The position numbers and the translations under genes were made by a program. The notes under the pieces are model-generated. The model ran no database searches and was not told where the DNA came from. It worked only from the letters and a program-made list of their open reading frames with translations. A stretch of DNA of 64,000 nt from assembly GCA_036273415.1 (NCBI GenBank), contig DASUHR010000001.1, forward strand, positions 167,496 through 231,495, written 5' to 3'. Positions 34,820 to 44,168 of the stretch are shown here, piece after piece. Position 1 is the first letter of the stretch, and each line of letters opens with the position of its first letter. This stretch comes from Silvibacterium sp. Lineage in GTDB: Bacteria; Acidobacteriota; Terriglobia; Terriglobales; Acidobacteriaceae.

Positions 34820-37800
34820 CGCCCTCGATCGCCGCAGAAAACGGCAGCGCTCCCGGCGATGGGATCGCAGGTTCGGCTTCTGTTTGCACAGACATATTCA
34901 TAATTGGATAAGTGACAAGTCGTCCAGGAATCGCAGCCTCGCGCTCGCCCGGTATCACAATGCCAACCAGATTCATCGGATCAGCCGCCGAATACGTAAT
35001 CGCAGCAGATACGTTCTCGCGCTTACGCAACATCCTCAACGACTCCAAAGCCTCCGGCAACGCAAACTGCTCACCCCCAAATCCGGAAACAAAACGTCCG
35101 CCGCGCACCGTCCCACGTGCCTCCATCCGCCGAAATATTCCCAGCAGCTCTCGCCACCGCGGCATCGCCGTCTCCCGCTCCATCAAATCGCGGAACACCA
35201 CGCCGTACCGTCGCAGCAGCACGCCGCACGCCGACTCCACCGCCGCCTCACGCCACGCCGCGCTCTGCTCCGCAGCATCCGGTCCGCGCATCATGCACCA
35301 TCGTCCCGCCGAAGGCCGCGCCGGTCTCTTGATCCCCGCGGGCGTTGCAAACATCTGTTTCCGGCGTGGATCAACCAGCGCCCGCAAGCTGTCGAATCCG
35401 TCCGCAGTCACCAGCCCCGCGGCCACCAGCTCCCATAACGCGCGACTCACATCTTCTGCCGAGGCCCCGAGCGCACGCGCCAGATCCCCCGGAAACATCG
35501 CGCCCCGCTCGCCCAGATAACTCCGCGCGCGGTTCGCCAAGTCGCTCAGCGTCGACGACAAATTCATCTCCGGGATCTCCCGCTGCGCCAGGCAAAGGTC
35601 CATCCAGAGCGCCTCTTCGCGCACGAAAAACGTAATCGGAGCCATTCCCGTCGGCACAATTCGCTTCGGCCCGCCGCTCTCGATCGCTGCAAACGCCGGA
35701 TGCGGCGAAATCCTTCCCCACCCCACAATGCCCGTCAACGTCAGCGCATCCAGCCAGCGCGGATCGTAATTCGCCACGCGCTGCGGCAACAGCGACCGCT
35801 CCCACTCGACCGCCGGAGCCTCAAATCCCTCAAGCCCGCGCAACGCTTCGAGCAATCCCTGCTCGCCGGTAAGCTGCCGTTGCGCTCCCAGGTGCTGCCA
35901 CTCTAGAGCAAACCGCATATGGATCGCCGGAGTTACCGGTTCCACCTGCTTCCGCAATGAATGCAGCGTCAGTTTATGGATACGCTGCAACAACCGCCTC
36001 TCGCACCATTCCACATCTCCATCCGCAAGTGCCGCCGCACTCGGCGCAATCTCAAAGGCGCCGCGCAAAATCGTTCCCGCCATCTCCAGCCGCAGCATCT
36101 GCTTCCATACATCGCCCGCGCTGACGCCCAACTGCTCCGCGAGTCCGCGCGATGTCACCGGTCCCAGCACTGCCATCCAGCCCTGCACCGCCTTCCGCAA
36201 AACATCTTCGGCGGAGGTAAAACCTGCCGGAACCCGCACCACCTCCGACGCAAACACAACCTCAGGCCTCAGCAGCCGGACGTCCTCCGCGCGCTCCGCC
36301 GCCACCCAGTAATTCCGTCCGCCGATCGAAGCCACCACCGCCCGACCGCGCAGGGCCAGCAACTCAAACCACGCCGCCCACTGCGCCTCCGCCGGAGCCA
36401 GCACCAGCGAGCACAGCAGATCATGCAGCTCGTGCTCGTCGCGCACATCGGGCCACACTTGCGTGCGCACCTCGGCAATTGCCTCCGGAGAGAGTCGCCC
36501 CGCTTCGCCCAGCGACGCCTCCGGCAACCTTCCCCGCATTGCCACCGCGCGCGCTCGTCGCTCCTCCAGCGGCGCGTCATCGAGAAACGCGTACGGATTG
36601 GCGTTTAGAATCTCGTGGGCAAACACTGAGGGCGTCGTCGTATCCACCGCAACGCAGCAAATGCGCCCGTCATCCATCCCCGCCAGCACATCCTTCAAGC
36701 CCGGAAGGTCCATCGCTTCCGTCAGAACGTCCTTCATCACCTCGCGAATCAGCGGATGATCCGGAATCTCAATATCGCCCTCAACATTTTCCTGGCAGGC
36801 CGCCACCTGCGGAAAAACGCTCGCCAGCAGATCGTCCGACCGCGTGCGCTGAATCTGCGGCGCAACCTTCTTGCCCTTCTGGAAGCGCAGCAATTGCAGC
36901 GCGCGCCCCGCGTCCCAACGCCAGCGCGCCTTAAAAATCGGAGAAGCCAGGGACGCCTGCTCCAGCAGCTCCGTCACCGTCTGCGTGGTCAAAAACTGAA
37001 ACACGTCACTCAACGGAAAGCTATGCTGCTCCGCCAGCGAAATGTTCAACCCGTTGTCTGTAGCCGCCGCCTGCAATTCAAAATTGAATCCGCGGCAAAA
37101 ACGTTTCCGCAACGCCAGCCCCCAGGCCTTGTTCACGCGCCCGCCGAACGGTGCATGCAGGATCAACTGCATCCCTCCGCCTTCATCGAAAAACCGCTCG
37201 GCCACAATTGTTGAAACGGACGGAACCGTTCCCAGCACCGCGCGCCCGGCGACTACATATGCAATCATCTGCTCCGCGCCCGCGTCGTTCACCGCGCACT
37301 CGTGCTTCAGCCAAGCCACCGTCTCCGCAACCGACGCGTTAGTCTGGCTCACAAACCCCGGGGCAACCTCGCGTGTCCGCGCGTCAATTTCCAATCTCAA
37401 ATCCGACACAAACTCCGACAGCTCCCGCGTCCGCTGCGGAGCCTCGCCCGTCCAGAACGGCAGAGTTGGGGGCTGCCCCTGCGCATCTTCCACCAGCACC
37501 CGCCCGGACGGTTCGATCTTCTGGATGCGCCAACTCGTGTTTCCCAGCAGAATCACATCGCCCGGCGACGAATCCACCGCGAAGTGTTCATCGAGCGTCG
37601 CAATCTGCACCCCGTCCGGCTGCATGATCACCGGAAAAAGGGGAGTATCCGGAATGGTCCCCCCGTTCGTCACCGCCGTGATTCGTGCGCCGCGCCGTCC
37701 CTGGATGCGCCCATGCACACGGTCCCGCAGCAGGTACGCGCCGAATCGCCCGCGGCTCGATTCAATTCCGTCCGCCAGCAGGCACAGCGCCTCCTCGAAT

Positions 37801-39212
37801 TCCGCCCACGTGAGCTCGCAATATGGTTGCGCTCGCCGCAGCACTTCGAACAGTTGCCGCTCTTCCCACGGTTCTGCTGCGCACGCCGCCACAATCTGTT
37901 GCATCAGCACATCAATCGGCTTCGCGGGAATCTCCAGCTTGTCCAGCACTCCGCTCCGCATCGCGCGCAACGCTGCAGCATTCTCAATCAGGTCATCGCG
38001 GGTCGTTACAAAAAACCTGCCCCTTGGAATAGCCCCTCGCCAATGCCCCGCCCGGCCCACACGCTGCATCGCAACGGCGATTGCGCGCGGCGAATTCACC
38101 TGGCAAACCAGATCGATAAACCCAATGTCGATTCCCAGTTCCAGCGAAGCCGTCGCTACCAGCATCCGAATCTCGCCGTCCTTCAGCCGCCGCTCCGCCT
38201 CCAGCCGCAGCTTCCGCGAGAGTGATCCGTGATGCGCCGCTACATGCTCTGCGCCCAGCCGCTCCCCCAGCGCAAATGCCAGCCGCTCCGCCATACGCCG
38301 CGTGTTCACAAACACCAATGTCGAACGATGCTCCATCGCGAGCTCTGCCAGCCGCGCATACACGCTCTCCCACACGGCGAACGTGGCCACGCCGCCTAGT
38401 TCATCGTTCGGCACCTCAATCGCTAGGTCCAGATCGCGCCGCTGCCCCGCCTGCACAATTTGCACCTCCGGCGCTCGTTCGCCGCCCAGGAATTCCGCAA
38501 CCAGCTCAATCGGATTTTGCGTCGCCGACAACCCAATCCGCTGCGGAGCCGCATGCCCCATAATCAAATCTGCCGCGTTCATCCGGTTTTCGCCGCGCAC
38601 CAGCGCGTCCAGCCGCTCCAGAGTCAATGCCAGATGCGACCCGCGCTTGTCGTCCGCGATTGCGTGAATCTCATCCACGATGACCGTCCTCACCCGCCGC
38701 AGATTCTGCCTGCTCTTTTCTGAAGTCAGCAGAATGTACAACGACTCCGGGGTCGTTACCAGAATGTGGGGCGGATGCTTGAGCATTGCAGCCCGTTCGC
38801 GCGGTAACGTGTCCCCAGTCCGCACTGCCGCTCGAATCTGCGGACATAAATAGCCCCGCTCCAGCGCCAGCCCCTGAATCTCACGCAGCGGCGTCTCTAA
38901 ATTCTTCTGGATATCGTTCGAGAGCGCCTTCAGTGGCGAAACATAAACCACCTCAGTCGCGCATTCCAACCGGCCCTCAATCGCCTGACGCAGCAGCGCA
39001 TCAATCGCAATCAAGAAAGCCGCCAACGTCTTGCCCGAGCCCGTGGGCGCCGAGATCAGCGCCGGCCGCCCCGCCAGAATATGCGGCCAGCCCAGCTCCT
39101 GCGGCTCGGTAGGCGTGACAAACCGCCGCACAAACCACTCCTGCACCACCGGATGCGCCCAGCGCAAACTCTCTGGAACAACCTCGGCAACAGGAATCAC
39201 AGGAGACAGCAT
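34806..39212 (-). CDS. lhr: ATP-dependent helicase Lhr (large helicase-related, long form)
   Basis: 1468 aa, with Walker A APTGSGKTLAAF, DEIH, SATQ and HHGSLS motifs and a long C-terminal extension. Confidence 0.9.
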   Translation of the reverse strand: MLSPVIPVAEVVPESLRWAHPVVQEWFVRRFVTPTEPQELGWPHILAGRPALISAPTGSGKTLAAFLIAIDALLRQAIEGRLECATEVVYVSPLKALSNDIQKNLETPLREIQGLALERGYLCPQIRAAVRTGDTLPRERAAMLKHPPHILVTTPESLYILLTSEKSRQNLRRVRTVIVDEIHAIADDKRGSHLALTLERLDALVRGENRMNAADLIMGHAAPQRIGLSATQNPIELVAEFLGGERAPEVQIVQAGQRRDLDLAIEVPNDELGGVATFAVWESVYARLAELAMEHRSTLVFVNTRRMAERLAFALGERLGAEHVAAHHGSLSRKLRLEAERRLKDGEIRMLVATASLELGIDIGFIDLVCQVNSPRAIAVAMQRVGRAGHWRGAIPRGRFFVTTRDDLIENAAALRAMRSGVLDKLEIPAKPIDVLMQQIVAACAAEPWEERQLFEVLRRAQPYCELTWAEFEEALCLLADGIESSRGRFGAYLLRDRVHGRIQGRRGARITAVTNGGTIPDTPLFPVIMQPDGVQIATLDEHFAVDSSPGDVILLGNTSWRIQKIEPSGRVLVEDAQGQPPTLPFWTGEAPQRTRELSEFVSDLRLEIDARTREVAPGFVSQTNASVAETVAWLKHECAVNDAGAEQMIAYVVAGRAVLGTVPSVSTIVAERFFDEGGGMQLILHAPFGGRVNKAWGLALRKRFCRGFNFELQAAATDNGLNISLAEQHSFPLSDVFQFLTTQTVTELLEQASLASPIFKARWRWDAGRALQLLRFQKGKKVAPQIQRTRSDDLLASVFPQVAACQENVEGDIEIPDHPLIREVMKDVLTEAMDLPGLKDVLAGMDDGRICCVAVDTTTPSVFAHEILNANPYAFLDDAPLEERRARAVAMRGRLPEASLGEAGRLSPEAIAEVRTQVWPDVRDEHELHDLLCSLVLAPAEAQWAAWFELLALRGRAVVASIGGRNYWVAAERAEDVRLLRPEVVFASEVVRVPAGFTSAEDVLRKAVQGWMAVLGPVTSRGLAEQLGVSAGDVWKQMLRLEMAGTILRGAFEIAPSAAALADGDVEWCERRLLQRIHKLTLHSLRKQVEPVTPAIHMRFALEWQHLGAQRQLTGEQGLLEALRGLEGFEAPAVEWERSLLPQRVANYDPRWLDALTLTGIVGWGRISPHPAFAAIESGGPKRIVPTGMAPITFFVREEALWMDLCLAQREIPEMNLSSTLSDLANRARSYLGERGAMFPGDLARALGASAEDVSRALWELVAAGLVTADGFDSLRALVDPRRKQMFATPAGIKRPARPSAGRWCMMRGPDAAEQSAAWREAAVESACGVLLRRYGVVFRDLMERETAMPRWRELLGIFRRMEARGTVRGGRFVSGFGGEQFALPEALESLRMLRKRENVSAAITYSAADPMNLVGIVIPGEREAAIPGRLVTYPIMNMSVQTEAEPAIPSPGALPFSAAIEGGALA

Positions 39213-39416
39213 TCCGATATTCTAAGCCCGCCTTCGCCTCCTCTTTGCCCTGAAACATTTCCCTTCCAACTTTGGTAAAGGTGGGCCTCTTCCTGCTCCC
39301 CGGTAAAATATGCGAATACCTGCAAGGAACAGCCGCTGCTCATCACCCGCACCAGTCCGCCAGATATAGCCACGCCCCCGGCCGCCACCGGTTCGCGAAT
39401 CTTTGCCGCGCCACGC

Positions 39417-40676
39417 ATGATCTTTTGGGCGGGGCTCATCGTCCGCGTCCTCTACATCACCATCGCGCACACCTACCGCATCAACCCCGTTCAGGACCAC
39501 TTCGACTTTGGCTATGAAATGGGCCGCGTTGCCCGCGCGCTGGTCACCGGCTACGGCTACGCCGACCCCTTCAACGGTCACAGCGGCCCCACCGCCTGGG
39601 TTCCGCCGCTCTATCCGCTGCTTCTCGCTGCTGTGTTCAAGCTCTTCGGTGTCTACACCGCCCTCTCGGCTTGGGTCATTCTCACCCTGAACAGCGTCTT
39701 CTCCGCAGCTACGTCGATCTTCGTTTTTAAAATCGCCGCGCGCTGCTACAACCGCAAGGTCGCCCTTTGGTCTGCCTGGATATGGGCGCTCTATCCCGCC
39801 GCCATGCAGTACGCCACGCGTTGGATATGGGAGATGGCACTCACTGCAATGCTCTTTACCGCGGTCTTCGCGCTCTCGCTCAGAATGCGCGGAATCACGC
39901 CCCGCGGACAAGGCGCAATGGACGAACCACGCGACGAAAAATCGCAGCAAACCACAAAACAATGGCTGCTCTTTGCACTGCTCTGGGCGCTTATTAGCCT
40001 ATCCAACTCAACCCTGCTCCTCTTTTTACCCGCGTGCGGAATCTGGATTCTCGCCGGCGCTCGCAATAAAGCTCCCGCCGTTCGCCGCGCCTTCGCATCG
40101 GGACTTGTATTTCTCGCCGTCGTCTCGCCCTGGATGATCCGCAATTACCGCGTCTTCCACGAATTTGTTCCCTTCCGCAGCAACTTCGGCGCGGAACTTT
40201 ATATGGGCAACAACCCTGCCGCCGACGGCATGCCGTGGGGAAAAACGGTCAACGGAGAGTACCAGGTCAGACGCTATACCCAGATGGGTGAAGTTGCTTA
40301 CGCAAACGAACAGGGCTCGCTTGCCAAGAGCTGGATCGCCCGCCATCCCACCCGCTTCCTCGAGCTTTCGCTCAAGCGCTTCTACTGCTTCTGGAGCGCC
40401 GTCCCGCACGCCGAAACCAGGCACACGTTTCTTGTGCTTGTGCGCAACATCAACTTCTGCGTTCCCAACATTCTTGCCATCCTCGGCCTCGCGCTCTCGC
40501 TCAAACGCCGCACTCCCGCCGCCGCGCTTTTTCTCTGGGCTTTCATCCTGCTGCCGTTCACTTATTACTTCATAACCCCCGGGGCACGCTTCCGCCATCC
40601 CTTGGAACCGCTCATCGTTATTCTCAGCGTCTTCCTCATCCAATCCGCGCAGCCCAGAAAGGCCCGTTCTTCTTAA
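39417..40676 (+). CDS. GT-C/PMT_2-like polytopic membrane protein, paralogue A
   Basis: It has 10 or more hydrophobic segments. Its N-terminal 160 aa are nearly colinear with 41791..43131: RVLYIT.AHTYRI...GYGYADPF.GH.GPTAWVPPL.PL.LA.VFKLFGVYTALSAWVIL. Confidence 0.65.
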   Translation: MIFWAGLIVRVLYITIAHTYRINPVQDHFDFGYEMGRVARALVTGYGYADPFNGHSGPTAWVPPLYPLLLAAVFKLFGVYTALSAWVILTLNSVFSAATSIFVFKIAARCYNRKVALWSAWIWALYPAAMQYATRWIWEMALTAMLFTAVFALSLRMRGITPRGQGAMDEPRDEKSQQTTKQWLLFALLWALISLSNSTLLLFLPACGIWILAGARNKAPAVRRAFASGLVFLAVVSPWMIRNYRVFHEFVPFRSNFGAELYMGNNPAADGMPWGKTVNGEYQVRRYTQMGEVAYANEQGSLAKSWIARHPTRFLELSLKRFYCFWSAVPHAETRHTFLVLVRNINFCVPNILAILGLALSLKRRTPAAALFLWAFILLPFTYYFITPGARFRHPLEPLIVILSVFLIQSAQPRKARSS

Positions 40677-40765
40677 ATGAATCATGTGCAGTGTGGTTTC
40701 GCGCTTTACGAAATCGTGAGAAGCAGCATTGCGCGTTCCACTTCCCTTCACTACGCTTGAACCAC

Positions 40766-41803
40766 ATGTCCAGCATCCTCATCACTGGCGGCTCCGGCTT
40801 CTTTGGCGGAATCCTCAAACGCCGTCTTCTGGCTGACGGCTTCTCCTGCATCAACATTGACCTTGTCCCTGACTCCGACCGGGATCCGCAGCTCATCAGC
40901 ATCAAGGGCGATCTCCGAGACAAAAATCTGCTTGCCACGCTCTTCCGCGAGCACTCCATCTCGACCGTCATGCACTGCGCTGCGCTGCTCGCGCACGGCT
41001 CCGTCGATGAAAAAGACCTCTGGACTTCGAATGTAGATGGAACCCGCAACCTCGTCGACGCCTGCCGCCAATCCGGAGTTCGCAAGTTGGTCTTCATCTC
41101 GTCCAATTGTCTATGGGCATCGAACCTTGGTCGCCCCGTCCGCGAAGACGATCCGCCAGCCCCGATCGAAACCTATGGCCGCTCTAAGCTCGCGGGCGAG
41201 CAGCTCCTGGCCGACTACACCGATGCGCTCCAGATCGTGATTCTCCGCTGCCCCACCATCATCGACAGCGGGCGCCTCGGCCTGCTCGCAATCCTCTTCG
41301 AATTCATTCAGGAAGGGAAAAAAATCTGGGTCGTGGGCGATGGCAGCAACCGCTACCAGTTCGTTTATGCCCAGGACCTTGCTACCGCCTGTATTCTTTC
41401 CATGCGATACGACGGCTCCGGCGTCTTCCACGTCGGCTCAGACCACGTGCGCCCTCTCCGCGAAATCTACCAGGCCGTCATTGACGCCGCGCACAGCCGC
41501 TCGCATGTCGCCTCTCTGCCTAAAGGTCCCGCCATCTCCGCCATGCGGCTCGCGCACACCCTCAGGATTTCGCCGCTCGGCCCCTACCACTACCGCATGA
41601 TTGCTGAAGATTTTTCCTTCGATACCACAAAAATTCGAGACACCCTCGGCTGGCGGCCCACGCTCTCCAACGAAGAGATGCTCATCCGCGCCTACAGCTA
41701 CTATGCGCAGCAGCGGCAGGAAATTCACGAGCGCAAGAATGTCTCCGCTCATTCCATGCCTGCGGCAATGGGCGCCATTCGCCTTCTCAAATGGCTCTCG
41801 TGA
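40766..41803 (+). CDS. NAD-dependent epimerase/dehydratase (extended SDR)
   Basis: ILITGGSGFFGG Rossmann motif and YGRSK catalytic motif. ATG 40766 was chosen. Confidence 0.85.
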   Translation: MSSILITGGSGFFGGILKRRLLADGFSCINIDLVPDSDRDPQLISIKGDLRDKNLLATLFREHSISTVMHCAALLAHGSVDEKDLWTSNVDGTRNLVDACRQSGVRKLVFISSNCLWASNLGRPVREDDPPAPIETYGRSKLAGEQLLADYTDALQIVILRCPTIIDSGRLGLLAILFEFIQEGKKIWVVGDGSNRYQFVYAQDLATACILSMRYDGSGVFHVGSDHVRPLREIYQAVIDAAHSRSHVASLPKGPAISAMRLAHTLRISPLGPYHYRMIAEDFSFDTTKIRDTLGWRPTLSNEEMLIRAYSYYAQQRQEIHERKNVSAHSMPAAMGAIRLLKWLS

Positions 41804-43131
41804 ACGAAAAGCTGGTCGGCCGTAACGCCGCATCATCTGGCCGGCACGGCTTCGCAGCTCACAACCCGTGGCTCATCTTCTGGGCTGCATTCCTCGTGCG
41901 CGTGCTCTACATTACTCTCGCGCACACGTATCGCATCCGTCTCGCGCAGGATCATTTCCAATTCGGATGGGAGATGGGCCGCGTCGCCCGCGCGCTCGCC
42001 ACCGGCTACGGATACGCCGATCCCTTCGTCGGCCACACCGGCCCGACCGCCTGGGTTCCGCCGCTCTTTCCGCTCATGCTCGCGGGCGTATTCAAACTCT
42101 TCGGCGTGTATACGGCGCTCTCCGCGTGGGTCATCCTTGTCGTCGACAGCTTTTTTTCCGCCGCCACCGCACTCTTCATTTACCAGATAGCCGCGCGCTG
42201 CTACAGCCGCAGAGTTGCCGTGTGGTCTGCATGGCTTTGGGCACTCTACCCCGCCGCCATGCAGTATGCCGTCCACTGGGTGTGGGAGATGTCCCTCACC
42301 TCCTTCCTCTTCACTTGGACACTCGCCCTCGCCCTAAAAATGCGCGGCATCCAACCCATCGAAGCCGGTCCGGAGCAAACCCGGCAGACAACCCGCCAAT
42401 GGTTGCTCTTCGGACTTCTCTGGGGACTCATCGCTCTCTCCAACAGCACGCTGCTCCTGTTTCTCCCCGTCTGCGGAATCTGGCTTCTCCTTGCCGCGCC
42501 CTTCCGCCCCGCAAGTCTTCGCAACGCCGCTCTCGCCGCGCTCCTCTTCCTCGCCATCCTCGCACCCTGGACCGTCCGAAACTTCCGCGCCTTCCACACC
42601 TTCGTTCCTCTGCGCGATAACCTCGGGCCGGAGCTTGAGGCCAGCAGCGGCCCGGGCTCCAATGGATTCCCCGTCATCGCAACACTGCCGCTGGTCGCGC
42701 GCGAACCACACACCATGCTCTACAAATCGCTCGGCGAAATAAGGTATGTAAGGCTCCAGGGCGCAATGGCGAAAACATTCATCGCGGCGCACCCCGGGCA
42801 CTACGCGCGCATTACGCTCAAGCGCTTTTATTTTTTTTGGGCAAGCGTTCCGCACCCGGTCGAGCGCTCCGCCGCCACTGAGTTCTTCCGCGAGCTCAGC
42901 TACTGTTTCCTCAGCATCACCGGTGTTCTTGGGCTCCTGCTCTCACTCAAGAATCGCGCGCCTGCCGCCGGACTCTTCGCCTGGGCCTTCCTGCTATTGC
43001 CGCTCACCTACTACTTCACCACGGTCAACGCGCGCTTCCGCCATCCCCTCGAGCCGCTCATCGCCATCGTTTCTGTCTATCTCTTTCAGTCCGCGTCCAG
43101 GCGAAAATCCGCGCGCACCGTTACAGCTTGA
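41791..43131 (+). CDS. GT-C/PMT_2-like polytopic membrane protein, paralogue B
   Basis: See paralogue A. It overlaps the epimerase stop by 13 nt. Confidence 0.65.
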   Translation: MALVNEKLVGRNAASSGRHGFAAHNPWLIFWAAFLVRVLYITLAHTYRIRLAQDHFQFGWEMGRVARALATGYGYADPFVGHTGPTAWVPPLFPLMLAGVFKLFGVYTALSAWVILVVDSFFSAATALFIYQIAARCYSRRVAVWSAWLWALYPAAMQYAVHWVWEMSLTSFLFTWTLALALKMRGIQPIEAGPEQTRQTTRQWLLFGLLWGLIALSNSTLLLFLPVCGIWLLLAAPFRPASLRNAALAALLFLAILAPWTVRNFRAFHTFVPLRDNLGPELEASSGPGSNGFPVIATLPLVAREPHTMLYKSLGEIRYVRLQGAMAKTFIAAHPGHYARITLKRFYFFWASVPHPVERSAATEFFRELSYCFLSITGVLGLLLSLKNRAPAAGLFAWAFLLLPLTYYFTTVNARFRHPLEPLIAIVSVYLFQSASRRKSARTVTA

Positions 43132-43912
43132 AGAGCTCGCGCAGCCGCTTCGTCTGCGCCCGGCTCACTGGAATCTCCGTCTGTTTCTTATCCGCCATCC
43201 TGAGTTGATAGCTGCTCTTGAACCATGGCACCACTTCTTTGATGTGGTTGATGTTCACCACGTATGACCGGTGCGCGCGCCAGAATACACTCGGGTTCAG
43301 CAGCTCCAGCAGTTCCTCCAGCGTGCGGCACTTCGACTGGCCCTCCAGCGTCGGCGTCACCACTGAAATCACGCCGTCGTCAATTGACGCAAAGCAGATG
43401 TCCTTCTGATCCGCGAGCAGCAAGCGGCCATTGGCCTGCAAAACAATCTTCGCGCTCTGCGGACGAGGCGATTGCTGTTGCTCAATCAGCCGCAGCAGCG
43501 CGTCCACTTTAATCTCCGCCGCGCGCGGACCCTCCGTCAGCGCCGTCTCCTGCAGCCGCAGCCGCGCCCGGTCGAGCGCCTGCATCACCCTACTTTTGTC
43601 GAACGGCTTCAGCAAATAATCAATCGCGTTCACATCGAACGCCCGCACGGCATACTGGTCAAACGCCGTAGCGAAGATAATTTGCGGCAGTTCGTCATGA
43701 TGCTCGATCAGCTTTTTGAGCACCGTAAATCCGTCGAGCCCCGGCATCTGCACATCCAGAAACACGACATCCGGCTGGTATTCGCGGATCAGCTCCACCG
43801 CTTCCACGCCGTTCTTCCCCTCCGCCAGCACATCTACGCCGCCAACTGAATCCAGCAGATATTTCAGCTCTTCGCGCGCAAGCTGCTCGTCGTCAACAAT
43901 AAGCGCGGTCAT
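43121..43912 (-). CDS. LytTR-family two-component response regulator
   Basis: REC domain (ALIVDDE...VVFLDVQMPGLDG...KPF) plus C-terminal LytTR (FWRAHRSYVVNINHIKEV). ATG 43912 was chosen. There is no adjacent kinase gene. Confidence 0.85.
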   Translation of the reverse strand: MTALIVDDEQLAREELKYLLDSVGGVDVLAEGKNGVEAVELIREYQPDVVFLDVQMPGLDGFTVLKKLIEHHDELPQIIFATAFDQYAVRAFDVNAIDYLLKPFDKSRVMQALDRARLRLQETALTEGPRAAEIKVDALLRLIEQQQSPRPQSAKIVLQANGRLLLADQKDICFASIDDGVISVVTPTLEGQSKCRTLEELLELLNPSVFWRAHRSYVVNINHIKEVVPWFKSSYQLRMADKKQTEIPVSRAQTKRLRELFKL

Positions 43913-44168
43913 GGCAGGGCTCGCTGTCAAGCCTTGAGTATAGGGAGCGGCAGAAAGCGGGGTCAACCGCGGGTAGGAGTTAGGAAGCGGGAAAGGTGCA
44001 ACCGCTCGCTCGGGCTCCTCAAGTGGTAACCCGCCGACCGGGCAGCAAACAATGGGTGGAGGCACAGGATTCCCGGCCCTGATCTAGAAGTCATGTGAAA
44101 TCTGCATATTTTAGTACCACTTCCGCAGTACGCAATTTATACTTCGGCCAAAACAACCAAGGCCCCGA

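Noticed and set aside
37042-38232. 396-aa and 307-aa plus-strand ORFs inside lhr.
   Set aside because: They are antisense shadow ORFs within a helicase gene that has intact motifs over its full length.
39281-39296. TGGGCC-N5-CTGCT upstream of GT-C paralogue A as a sigma54 promoter.
   Set aside because: Only the GG and GC dinucleotides and the spacing match. There are too many mismatches in both elements to call it.
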